Positions 17,813 to 25,444 of a stretch of 36,527 nt of DNA are shown here, one piece after another. The translations under genes and the position numbers were made by a program. The notes beneath the pieces are model-generated. The model was not told the origin of the DNA. It was given only the letters and a program-made list of their open reading frames with translations, and made no database searches. Position 1 is the first letter of the stretch. Each line of letters opens with the position of its first letter. Source of the stretch: a virus (Duplodnaviria; Heunggongvirae; Uroviricota; Caudoviricetes); the IMG/VR virus record IMGVR_UViG_3300033068_000287, positions 85,498 through 122,024 of that record, one strand, 5' to 3'.

Positions 17813-19162
17813 ATGAGCAATTTTGAAGTTAAAGTCGTTAAAATCGATGCGGTCGAAAATCATCCGAATGCGGATCGTTTATCAATTATTAAAATTGGTG
17901 GGTTTGATTGTATTTCTGGTAAATTGGAAGATGGTAGCCATCGGTATAACACCGGCGATTTAGTTGTTTATATTCCAGAAGCTGCGGTCGTTCCTGAATG
18001 GATTCTGCGCAAGCTAGGATTCTGGGATCAAAATTGTGGCACTCTTTCTGGTTCTCACGGAAATCGCGTTAAAGCCATCAAGCTACGCAAGATCGTTTCT
18101 CAAGGTATTTTGTTTCCTGTTACGAAAAGCATGATTCCAGACTCAACTCTACCACTTTCTACATTTACTGTTCATGCAGAATACACACAAAAAGATATTG
18201 ACGAATTGCGTTTTCATTTTGATAGCGGTAATGCTGGTCTTGAAAATGAAGAATACGAAGCAGCCATTGCTGAAGTTGATGCGTTGGTTCCCGGTAATAT
18301 CAGGGCATCAATGAATGTTGCCGAAGGTGATGATGTTGCAGCATTTCTAGGCATTACAAAATACGAACCGACAGTTCCTGTATCTATGCAAGGTAAAATC
18401 GGCACACTATTCGGTTATACGAAATCATACGATATCGAAAACCTTCAGAAAAACATGAATGCGTTTGAAGAAAACGAACCGGTTGTTATGACAGAAAAAC
18501 TTCATGGTACTTTGTGCCAAGTTGGTTATCTGACAAATCTTCCAGAAGAAAAAGCAAATGATGTTTTCCTTGCTTCAGAAAATCCAAAAATCCATTCGTA
18601 TGTTACGTCTAAAGGATTGGCAAAAAGCGGTCTAATTCAGAAAAATTCTGATGACAACCAAGAAAATATCTATGTCAAAGCATACAAAGATTATTTTGAT
18701 AACGAACAGGTTGTTAATGCAGTTAAATCTCTTATGGAAGCAGAATCTGCATACAATAAAGCATCCATTAACGTTTATGTCTTTGGTGAAGTTTTTGGTA
18801 AAGGTATTCAAGACTTGGGCTATGATACTGAACCAACATTTAATGTTTTTGATGTTTACGTTAGCCTTAATGGTGAAAATAACGGATATTATCTAAATGA
18901 TAAATTCTTGGAACAGTTTTGTACAGAAGCTGGACTAAATCGCGTTCCTGTATTGTATAGAGGTCCATACAGTATTGAGAAAGCGACAGAAGTCCGTGAC
19001 GGAAAAACAACGCTAGGAAACAAATCACATATCCGTGAAGGTATTGTTATTCGTCCTACTATTGAGAAATACAATGTCCGTGGTCTTCCTGATGGTCGTC
19101 TACAATTGAAATTCGTAAGTCCTGATTATCTTCTAAGAAAAGATGGAACAGAATTCAATTAA
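17813..19162 (+). CDS. ATP-dependent RNA ligase (DRB0094/Rnl5-like) with N-terminal OB domain
   Basis: HPNADRL...GDLVVYIPE N-domain; motif I TEKLHGT, GEVFGKGIQ, REGIVIRP, LKFVSPDYL. Confidence 0.9.
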   Translation: MSNFEVKVVKIDAVENHPNADRLSIIKIGGFDCISGKLEDGSHRYNTGDLVVYIPEAAVVPEWILRKLGFWDQNCGTLSGSHGNRVKAIKLRKIVSQGILFPVTKSMIPDSTLPLSTFTVHAEYTQKDIDELRFHFDSGNAGLENEEYEAAIAEVDALVPGNIRASMNVAEGDDVAAFLGITKYEPTVPVSMQGKIGTLFGYTKSYDIENLQKNMNAFEENEPVVMTEKLHGTLCQVGYLTNLPEEKANDVFLASENPKIHSYVTSKGLAKSGLIQKNSDDNQENIYVKAYKDYFDNEQVVNAVKSLMEAESAYNKASINVYVFGEVFGKGIQDLGYDTEPTFNVFDVYVSLNGENNGYYLNDKFLEQFCTEAGLNRVPVLYRGPYSIEKATEVRDGKTTLGNKSHIREGIVIRPTIEKYNVRGLPDGRLQLKFVSPDYLLRKDGTEFN

Positions 19163-19167
19163 GCATC

Positions 19168-19374
19168 ATGAAAACTGAAAAACAAGAAGCAGCTATTATC
19201 GTCAATAATGTCAAGACATTAATGTCAGATAACAGTATGAAGATGCGCAACTTACATGAAAAAATTGACAAGCACCGAAAAGAATTAGGTGAATGTCATA
19301 AGGCGCAAAAAGAGTACGAAAAACTCTTAAAAAAATATGGGCCGGTGGCCTTTGGAAGAAAAGCCCAAAAATAG
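19168..19374 (+). CDS. hypothetical coiled-coil protein
   Basis: 68-aa ORF. Confidence 0.5.
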   Translation: MKTEKQEAAIIVNNVKTLMSDNSMKMRNLHEKIDKHRKELGECHKAQKEYEKLLKKYGPVAFGRKAQK

Positions 19375-19377
19375 TAT

Positions 19378-19968
19378 ATGGTAAAAAAACTAAGTAAAAT
19401 TTTATCGGATGGTTTAGATTACAGCGCCCTACAAAATTTAATAAGTGATATGGGGAACAATCTAAACCATCCGACACTAAGAATGTCTAAATCAGATTTA
19501 ATATGCGAGGCTTTGGAGTCGTACACTTCTGGCTATTTGCGCTATGTTAATAATCCGCATTGTGATTTTGTAACTGAAGACGGCAAATATACAATAGAAT
19601 TTAAATTTCAAAATTCATGTCTTACTAAAAAAGATGGAAGTTTAAGAGATACTGTATCACAAATTATTATGGTGAATACATTAAGCCGTAAAGAAATAGT
19701 AACGAATACGCTGCCTGATGGGTATGCAAAATATGTATGTTTTCTAGATCAGAATGCTATGTATCTTGCGAAATCTACAGCAGTAAAAAATTACTTGACT
19801 GTTTACGGTTCTGGTGATACTATCAGACTTAAAGGTTTTCCTATCAATCTGGCGGATCAAATATTCTACCAGCCCAATAGAAAAACATTCAAGAGTAATT
19901 GGAAAAAATACGAAACAACTTTAAACAGTGCCCGCAAAAAACTTATAGAAAGCTATAAAAATGACTAA
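19378..19968 (+). CDS. hypothetical protein, possible PD-(D/E)xK nuclease fold
   Basis: E.ALE...CDF....TIEFKF spacing. Confidence 0.4.
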   Translation: MVKKLSKILSDGLDYSALQNLISDMGNNLNHPTLRMSKSDLICEALESYTSGYLRYVNNPHCDFVTEDGKYTIEFKFQNSCLTKKDGSLRDTVSQIIMVNTLSRKEIVTNTLPDGYAKYVCFLDQNAMYLAKSTAVKNYLTVYGSGDTIRLKGFPINLADQIFYQPNRKTFKSNWKKYETTLNSARKKLIESYKND

Positions 19969-20257
19969 ACCAATGATCGTAAAACGTAACGGAAAAATAT
20001 ACAAAATTGTTCCGTCCAAATTTGATAACTTTTTCATTTTGTGGGACGACCTTAGACAGGTTAAGATTTATGAAATTGCGTCCCCTTCTGATGCTAATGT
20101 GCGTCCTAAATACCTTGGTAAAGAATTTCCTTCGGTTTTCACCAACTATTCTGACGGGAAAGTTAATATTGATGCAATGATTGATTATGCTGTTCGGAAC
20201 CATAATAAAATCAATGCAACAGAAGACTTTTTTGCCAGCTTTAAAGGAAACAAATAA
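19961..20257 (+). CDS. hypothetical protein
   Basis: 98-aa ORF overlapping the upstream stop. Confidence 0.55.
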   Translation: MTKPMIVKRNGKIYKIVPSKFDNFFILWDDLRQVKIYEIASPSDANVRPKYLGKEFPSVFTNYSDGKVNIDAMIDYAVRNHNKINATEDFFASFKGNK

Positions 20258-20484
20258 TGTCTAGCTGTTTCATTGGATTAGTTGCAGTTCTTGGTGTTAT
20301 GCTTAACCCTTGCCACATTGCAGAAATGCAAGACCGTACCGCAAGGGATGGTTCAGCATATTGTGTTGTATGGTTTGCTTCCGGTGACACATGGACTGGA
20401 CAACATACAACATCTGTTCCTACAAAATGCGATATTGTTAAACAAGAATTAGACAAAAAACTAACAGAATATAAGGACAAATAA
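20257..20484 (+). CDS. hypothetical protein with hydrophobic N-terminus
   Basis: TAATG-coupled; AAGGA RBS. Confidence 0.55.
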   Translation: MSSCFIGLVAVLGVMLNPCHIAEMQDRTARDGSAYCVVWFASGDTWTGQHTTSVPTKCDIVKQELDKKLTEYKDK

Positions 20485-20486
20485 TC

Positions 20487-21362
20487 ATGGGTTGCTGGAG
20501 CGAAACATGTATGTTAACAAATCTTCCTATCCGTTATGGAGAGGAAGTCTATGGATTCATTATCGGAAACTGTCCGGCAATGCATACGTCATATTGCAGT
20601 CCGGCAGATATTTGGCGGCCTTTGGGATTCTTTTTCGAAGGCGAATATGACGATTATGGAAGAATTCATAATATTAAAAATACAAAGATGATGGATTATA
20701 ATATTCAATTCATTAAGAAGTATCTTATCGAAGTTCCGGCAGAAAACAAATACTGCAACAGCCTGTTAAAGGAAACTTTTGATCTTACATCTTTTTGGAA
20801 AGGAGAACATGACGATAAATTGTCCATTGCACATATCACTAAACAATATGTGTTTGGCCTTAAAGTCGTTATGATTAAAAAATCTGCGCTGGATAATCTT
20901 ATGAAAGAATGGGATTCATACGAATTCTATAATCGTGAAATTTCCAAAACAGAAACAATCTCTTTAACAGATCATATTAAATCTGTCATTGCAGAATTGA
21001 AAAAAATATTAGAAACTCCAGACCCCGAAAATAAGTATATGGCTAAGCATAACTTTGGAAATCTTGTTGAACGTGGGATTTTCCGTGATTATTTTTATTA
21101 TAATTTTTGGGGAGTTAAAGATTTATTTGAAAAAGCTATTGAAGAAAAAGACGATGTGTTGTATAATGAATTAGTACAGCAATATCTTGTCTTTGGAAAA
21201 TTAAGCGATTTTCTAGATCATTCGCGTAAGATTTGGTCTCCACAATCCGGCAGCGGTTCACAAGATGATGGAATGGAAGCACAGAAGACACTTGCTGAAA
21301 TTACATTAAAACTTGTTGACGAACAAAAGAAAAAGGATATTGAAGAATATGATGAAGATTAG
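20487..21362 (+). CDS. conserved phage hypothetical protein
   Basis: MGCWSETC.LTNLPI..GE...GEYDDYG pattern; 291 aa. Confidence 0.65.
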   Translation: MGCWSETCMLTNLPIRYGEEVYGFIIGNCPAMHTSYCSPADIWRPLGFFFEGEYDDYGRIHNIKNTKMMDYNIQFIKKYLIEVPAENKYCNSLLKETFDLTSFWKGEHDDKLSIAHITKQYVFGLKVVMIKKSALDNLMKEWDSYEFYNREISKTETISLTDHIKSVIAELKKILETPDPENKYMAKHNFGNLVERGIFRDYFYYNFWGVKDLFEKAIEEKDDVLYNELVQQYLVFGKLSDFLDHSRKIWSPQSGSGSQDDGMEAQKTLAEITLKLVDEQKKKDIEEYDED

Positions 21363-21555
21363 CAAATCAAACGGGGCTGCGGTATCTATTACCTACCCTT
21401 CGATTTTATCGATACTTACTATTGTATCTGCATTATCGCTTATTTTCATTCCGGTATTTACTGTTTCTGTTGTTGCCACACATTCCGCAGGGATAATTTT
21501 GGGTGGATGCTGTATCATACATCTTCTAAAGTTTTGTTATGATTACATCTGTTAG
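21349..21555 (+). CDS. small membrane protein
   Basis: Likely start 21349; two hydrophobic segments. Confidence 0.5.
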   Translation: MMKISKSNGAAVSITYPSILSILTIVSALSLIFIPVFTVSVVATHSAGIILGGCCIIHLLKFCYDYIC

Positions 21556-21564
21556 AAAATAATA

Positions 21565-21738
21565 ATGACAGATACACCGATTAATAGATGCCCTAAATGT
21601 AGGTCAGCAGTAATATTGGCTTATGAAACTTGGGAAACTGGATTAGAACCTTGCGTAAAATGTGATGATTGTGGACACAGACAATGGGCAACAACTTTAG
21701 AACAAGCAATTATATTATGGAATAAAGAGAGAAAATAA
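21565..21738 (+). CDS. second Lar-like zinc-finger protein (57 aa; not in ORF track)
   Basis: MTDTPINRCPKCRS...CVKCDDCG...EQAIILWNKE. Confidence 0.65.
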   Translation: MTDTPINRCPKCRSAVILAYETWETGLEPCVKCDDCGHRQWATTLEQAIILWNKERK

Positions 21739-21739
21739 A

Positions 21740-21865
21740 ATGCAAAAATTGTCAAAAGTTTGGGAATACATGATTCATATGCCTATTCCAACCAATACAC
21801 AGAAAACACAGACACAAACTAAATCAAATACTACACCCAATAATCTTATTGGGCCTAAACTTTGA
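21740..21865 (+). CDS. hypothetical 41-aa protein
   Basis: Fills the gap between flanking ORFs. Confidence 0.35.
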   Translation: MQKLSKVWEYMIHMPIPTNTQKTQTQTKSNTTPNNLIGPKL

Positions 21866-21872
21866 GGCTGTA

Positions 21873-22154
21873 ATGGACAGAAAATTTACAGAAACAAACG
21901 ATGCTCCTGGATATCATATATCTGATATTCCCAAGGGAACGTTTGGTAATGAAAGTAAAATTGTAGAAGAATGTGCTGAATTTATTGATGCTCTAGATCA
22001 AGATTGTAAGATCATGGCATTAGTAGAATTGGCAGATTTGGTTGGTGCTATCGAAGGATATCTCCATGAGAATTTTGAAGGAATAGAACTTCATGATTTA
22101 CAAAAAATGTCAAAAATCACAAAGAGAGCATTTGAAAATGGACATAGAACTTAA
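21873..22154 (+). CDS. MazG-like all-alpha NTP pyrophosphatase-fold protein
   Basis: GAGG RBS before ATG 21873; EECAE (EExxE) and VELADL (ExxD) motifs. Confidence 0.55.
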   Translation: MDRKFTETNDAPGYHISDIPKGTFGNESKIVEECAEFIDALDQDCKIMALVELADLVGAIEGYLHENFEGIELHDLQKMSKITKRAFENGHRT

Positions 22155-22590
22155 TGTAAACAATGCAGAAATGAAGCAACAGCTAATTTCTCTATTATGT
22201 CACACCGACCATCATATTGGACCGGCTAAGATTGATAAAAATACTTATATGTATGATTATTTCTCATTACATTTTGATGTTATGTCTGTAACTTCTCCTG
22301 CTACTCTTGTTATTCGCGGAGGTGAAAAATATGTCGCCGTAGTAACTTCCGTAGTATTTGATATGGAAGATGGAATGGATAAAATGCTACGAACTTTAAT
22401 CAATCAAGTTCCTAACTTAAATACAGTTGTTGGTATTTACGAAGTAATGCCATTAGAAAACAATAAAGTTAAGTTTAGATATTTTGTATGCCCTACAGAA
22501 AGCACATATAAATCTAGAAATGAAGAAAAATTTCAACAGTTAAAAGAAATGACTAAAAATGGAACAGAGCCTTCCGGAGATAAACTATAA
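22138..22590 (+). CDS. hypothetical protein
   Basis: Likely start ATG 22138; lies between the MazG-like and aaRS-like genes. Confidence 0.55.
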   Translation: MDIELNVNNAEMKQQLISLLCHTDHHIGPAKIDKNTYMYDYFSLHFDVMSVTSPATLVIRGGEKYVAVVTSVVFDMEDGMDKMLRTLINQVPNLNTVVGIYEVMPLENNKVKFRYFVCPTESTYKSRNEEKFQQLKEMTKNGTEPSGDKL

Positions 22591-23161
22591 AAATCTATCT
22601 GATGCTTTAGAATTTTATAAAGCATTTGGATATGAATATGTTGAAGTTCCTTGGATTGTTCCTCGGAACGTTACACAAATTACATTGAATACGGATGAAG
22701 TTAATCCTATTGAAATGTATGAAGGTATGTCTGCTGGCGGCTACGGCGGAAAATCAAATGGTGATCTTGTTGGCTCTGCTGAACAAGGATTCTTATATTT
22801 GATGGAACAAAATAAATTAGAACATGGTGATTATTGTGCATTAACGCCATGTTTTAGAAAAGAACAATATGTAACTAACTTACATAGACCATATTTTATG
22901 AAAGTAGAACTTTGTTCTTTTCAAGCTACTAAAACAGATTGTAAACCAAAGTTAAAATCAATTATTGATATCTGCTATAGATATTTCAAATTGACTGGAT
23001 ATACACCAGATAAAGTATCAACACCAGACGGTATTGATTTTATGCTTAATGGTATTGAAATCGGTTCTTATGGTATCAGATCGTTTAAAAATTTTCATTG
23101 GGTCTATGGTACAGGATTAGCTGAACCAAGATTCCAACAAGCAACACAACAGAAAGAATAA
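22559..23161 (+). CDS. stand-alone class II aminoacyl-tRNA-synthetase-like catalytic core
   Basis: Motif1-like GYEYVEVPW, GSAEQ (TxE loop), motif 2 PCFRKE...HRPYFMKVE, GIEIGSYG, motif 3 GTGLAEPR; no anticodon-binding domain (200 aa). Confidence 0.7.
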   Translation: MEQSLPEINYKNLSDALEFYKAFGYEYVEVPWIVPRNVTQITLNTDEVNPIEMYEGMSAGGYGGKSNGDLVGSAEQGFLYLMEQNKLEHGDYCALTPCFRKEQYVTNLHRPYFMKVELCSFQATKTDCKPKLKSIIDICYRYFKLTGYTPDKVSTPDGIDFMLNGIEIGSYGIRSFKNFHWVYGTGLAEPRFQQATQQKE

Positions 23162-23163
23162 TA

Positions 23164-24099
23164 ATGACTAAAAGATTCACAGCTACAGTCAAACAGAAAG
23201 AACACAAGCCCGGACAATGGAACGGACAGATTGTGGAAATCTTTGACAATGGTGTTAAATGTGGAGAATACGAATATGGATATTCTTCAGGTTCTGCAAA
23301 AATTTTCCAACCATTTGAACAAGATGGCCAATGGTATGCGACATATGCAGATAGAGATTATACTAGATTAAAAATTATGACTTTGCCTGATTGTAAATTC
23401 CATTGTGCTGTTGCAGATTGGTATCAGTTCTGTCCTGCTGAATGTTATATTCCCAAATTCATTACAGCTTCGGATCGAATCAACATTACAAAAGGCCATT
23501 GGCCGAAAGATATTGATCCTGTAACTAAAAAGTTTACGCGAGATTATTGGTGGCTTAACGAAGATAAGACAGATTCTAGAATCATCAAAGAAGATTACTA
23601 TTATCATGATGCTAAAGATTTATTTGAAGATGATTCTGATGAATTCAAGAATTTCTCTTTTGATAATGAAGATCATGTTAAAAAAGCAATTGATATCATT
23701 ACTAAAGCAAGCAAACATGATGATAGCTTAGATTTTACAATTAGCACAGAATTACAATATACTCCTGTTGTGTTTATTATTGGTTGTGTATGGGCTTGTC
23801 CTTATGAAATGAGAGCCGTTGACCTTTCGGATTTGAAAAACAAAAAGGACCAAGAACTTGATTATATGCTTATTACAGATAATGAAGACGATTCAGAGTT
23901 TATTCCTAAAGAAATGGAAAAACGTATTAAAATTTATCATTCTGGTGGGTTCGGTATCATTCATGAAGAATTCAAATCATATGAAGATTTGAAAAAAGAA
24001 ACAGAAGAATGGAAAGCGCGGTGGGCCGAACACGAAAGAAAACAAAAAGAAGAAAAGAGAACCAAAAGTATCTTTAGTAAATTTTTGAAGGCTAAATAA
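23164..24099 (+). CDS. hypothetical protein
   Basis: 311-aa ORF starting 2 nt after the upstream stop. Confidence 0.65.
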   Translation: MTKRFTATVKQKEHKPGQWNGQIVEIFDNGVKCGEYEYGYSSGSAKIFQPFEQDGQWYATYADRDYTRLKIMTLPDCKFHCAVADWYQFCPAECYIPKFITASDRINITKGHWPKDIDPVTKKFTRDYWWLNEDKTDSRIIKEDYYYHDAKDLFEDDSDEFKNFSFDNEDHVKKAIDIITKASKHDDSLDFTISTELQYTPVVFIIGCVWACPYEMRAVDLSDLKNKKDQELDYMLITDNEDDSEFIPKEMEKRIKIYHSGGFGIIHEEFKSYEDLKKETEEWKARWAEHERKQKEEKRTKSIFSKFLKAK

Positions 24100-24102
24100 A
24101 GC

Positions 24103-24378
24103 ATGACAACAAATAAATTTTTCATTTTTAGATTTTGGGCAGACGATAAAGAATTTCTATTAGATTTTGTTTATCATGACGGATGGAAACGTTCTATCGT
24201 ACTCAATCAATTAGTTCTGTTATTTCCAGATGCTAAATCATTCAAACTATTCGATGGTATTACGGAATTTTCATGGGATAATACTCCAGAAGATTTGCAA
24301 GATATTATCAATAAAATTGAGTATGTCGAAGCTAAAACTGATATTTACGATAAGGAAATTGATAATAGCAATGAGTGA
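24103..24378 (+). CDS. hypothetical protein
   Basis: 91-aa ORF. Confidence 0.55.
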   Translation: MTTNKFFIFRFWADDKEFLLDFVYHDGWKRSIVLNQLVLLFPDAKSFKLFDGITEFSWDNTPEDLQDIINKIEYVEAKTDIYDKEIDNSNE

Positions 24379-24595
24379 TGATTCAGAAACAGGTCCAGCA
24401 TGGACCATCTATCGCAAAAAGCCTATAATGGTTATGGCATATCGCACAGACGAAGAAATTCAAATTCATACTCTAGAAGGTGTAATGACCGCAAGCCCGG
24501 GCGATTATATTATTTCTGGTGTTAATGGTGAGCAATATCCTTGCAAACCAGATATATTTGATAAAACATATGATAAAGTGGAGATATCAGAATAA
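24371..24595 (+). CDS. small conserved phage protein (YRKKP...TLEG...[12 protein letters not shown] family, PGDYG-like)
   Basis: Start ATG 24371 with TAAGGA upstream; family motif clear. Confidence 0.75.
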   Translation: MSDDSETGPAWTIYRKKPIMVMAYRTDEEIQIHTLEGVMTASPGDYIISGVNGEQYPCKPDIFDKTYDKVEISE

Positions 24596-24894
24596 TGACG
24601 GACGCAAGGGATTATTCACAAGTTCTTGAATGTATACGAAAAAATGATGGAACGGTTATTTTATATATAAAAGATAAGCGTGATAATAGTCTATGGATAG
24701 AGATTCATACAAATACGCAAGCGGAATGTTCTGTAAAAAGTCTTTTGAAAGGTGATGCTAAGGCTCCCTGTGTCAGAATGCCTATAACACAAGATGAAAT
24801 TGATAATAAAATTGACTATGATCTTTCTAAAATTTATACGGAATTTATAGAACATTATAAAGTAAAAATACTTGACTTTCCAAATCAAATCTGA
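24595..24894 (+). CDS. hypothetical protein
   Basis: 99 aa, TAATG-coupled. Confidence 0.5.
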   Translation: MTDARDYSQVLECIRKNDGTVILYIKDKRDNSLWIEIHTNTQAECSVKSLLKGDAKAPCVRMPITQDEIDNKIDYDLSKIYTEFIEHYKVKILDFPNQI

Positions 24895-24900
24895 TATACT
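24872..24900 (+). promoter_or_regulatory. sigma70-type promoter for the RNA cluster
   Basis: TTGACT (24872-24877), 17 nt, TG-a-TATACT (24895-24900). Confidence 0.75.
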
Positions 24901-24901
24901 C

Positions 24902-24909
24902 TATAAATA
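24902..24909 (+). promoter_or_regulatory. T4-type late promoter, in tandem with the early promoter
   Basis: Exact TATAAATA, 8 nt before the structured RNA. Confidence 0.7.
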
Positions 24910-24917
24910 GAATTGAT

Positions 24918-25024
24918 TGAGACTTTTTAGTCCAATCCCGGCAGGCTCGATTCCTGTCCGTACTCACAATATGGTGCACCATGTTAAGAATATGAAAGGT
25001 TTGGGATTGGACTAAGAAGTTTCA
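24918..25024 (+). ncRNA. structured RNA: 22-bp terminal stem enclosing a T-arm-like hairpin (Y-RNA-like tRNA mimic candidate)
   Basis: 24918-24939 pairs with 25003-25024 (20 Watson-Crick + 2 G-U); internal GGCAGG-CTCGATT-CCTGTC. Confidence 0.65.
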
Positions 25025-25032
25025 CAATACTA

Positions 25033-25106
25033 TGCGCTAGTCGTCTAGGAGCAGGACGCCTCCATTGGGGAGGAAACTCGGGTGCGAGTCCCGACACGGT
25101 GCATCA
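25033..25106 (+). tRNA. non-canonical tRNA-like RNA (Gln-like TTG if read with a 7-nt loop)
   Basis: D stem GTCT/GGAC; anticodon arm CCTCC-ATTGG-GGAGG; T arm TCGGG-TGCGAGT-CCCGA; irregular acceptor; no encoded CCA. Confidence 0.6.
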
Positions 25107-25113
25107 TTTATTT

Positions 25114-25187
25114 TGTGCTAGTAGTGTAATAGAAAGCACGCCTAACTATTAAATTAGGAAGTTTGGTTTAAATCCAACACGGCACAC
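25114..25187 (+). tRNA. non-canonical tRNA-like RNA with 8-nt anticodon loop
   Basis: D stem GTGT/GCAC; CCTAA-CTATTAAA-TTAGG; T arm TTGG-TTTAAAT-CCAA; acceptor TGTGCT/GGCACA; no CCA. Confidence 0.6.
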
Positions 25188-25195
25188 TAAAACTT

Positions 25196-25409
25196 AGACT
25201 ATTTAAGAATGCGTTTTGTGAACGATATATAATGTAGAACATATTCCTAAACAGTCTTATTATGGGCGCACTGTTATACAGGTAAGACGCACACCAATTC
25301 GCAAGAATTATTCTTGCACAGTAATTCAATACCATGACGGTATTGATGGAAAGGGTTTAACGAAGAATAGGCCCTTTGTTTGTAATAATGGCATTGCCTT
25401 AGAGCCATT
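25196..25409. other. hairpin-dense non-coding region
   Basis: Five inverted repeats within about 215 nt; no substantial + strand ORF seen. Confidence 0.55.
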
Positions 25410-25444
25410 TCCCTAAATGAAACTTAAACTAAGGAAAATACTAA

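Noticed and set aside
6201-24100. Other xxTAAATA matches (6201, 12292, 24092)
   Set aside because: Imperfect matches, mostly coinciding with stop codons in AT-rich DNA; too weak to call late promoters
25141-25158. Ochre suppressor (TTA anticodon) implying UAA recoding
   Set aside because: The loop is 8 nt, so the anticodon is ambiguous, and TAA is used as the normal stop in most genes here
24918-25409. Two-piece (permuted) tmRNA of alphaproteobacterial type
   Set aside because: 13 nt separate the T arm from the TGGTGCA-CCA segment, and I saw no tag-peptide ORF or G3-U70 Ala acceptor; the Y-RNA-like fold explains the pairing better, though an ARAGORN -m run would settle it
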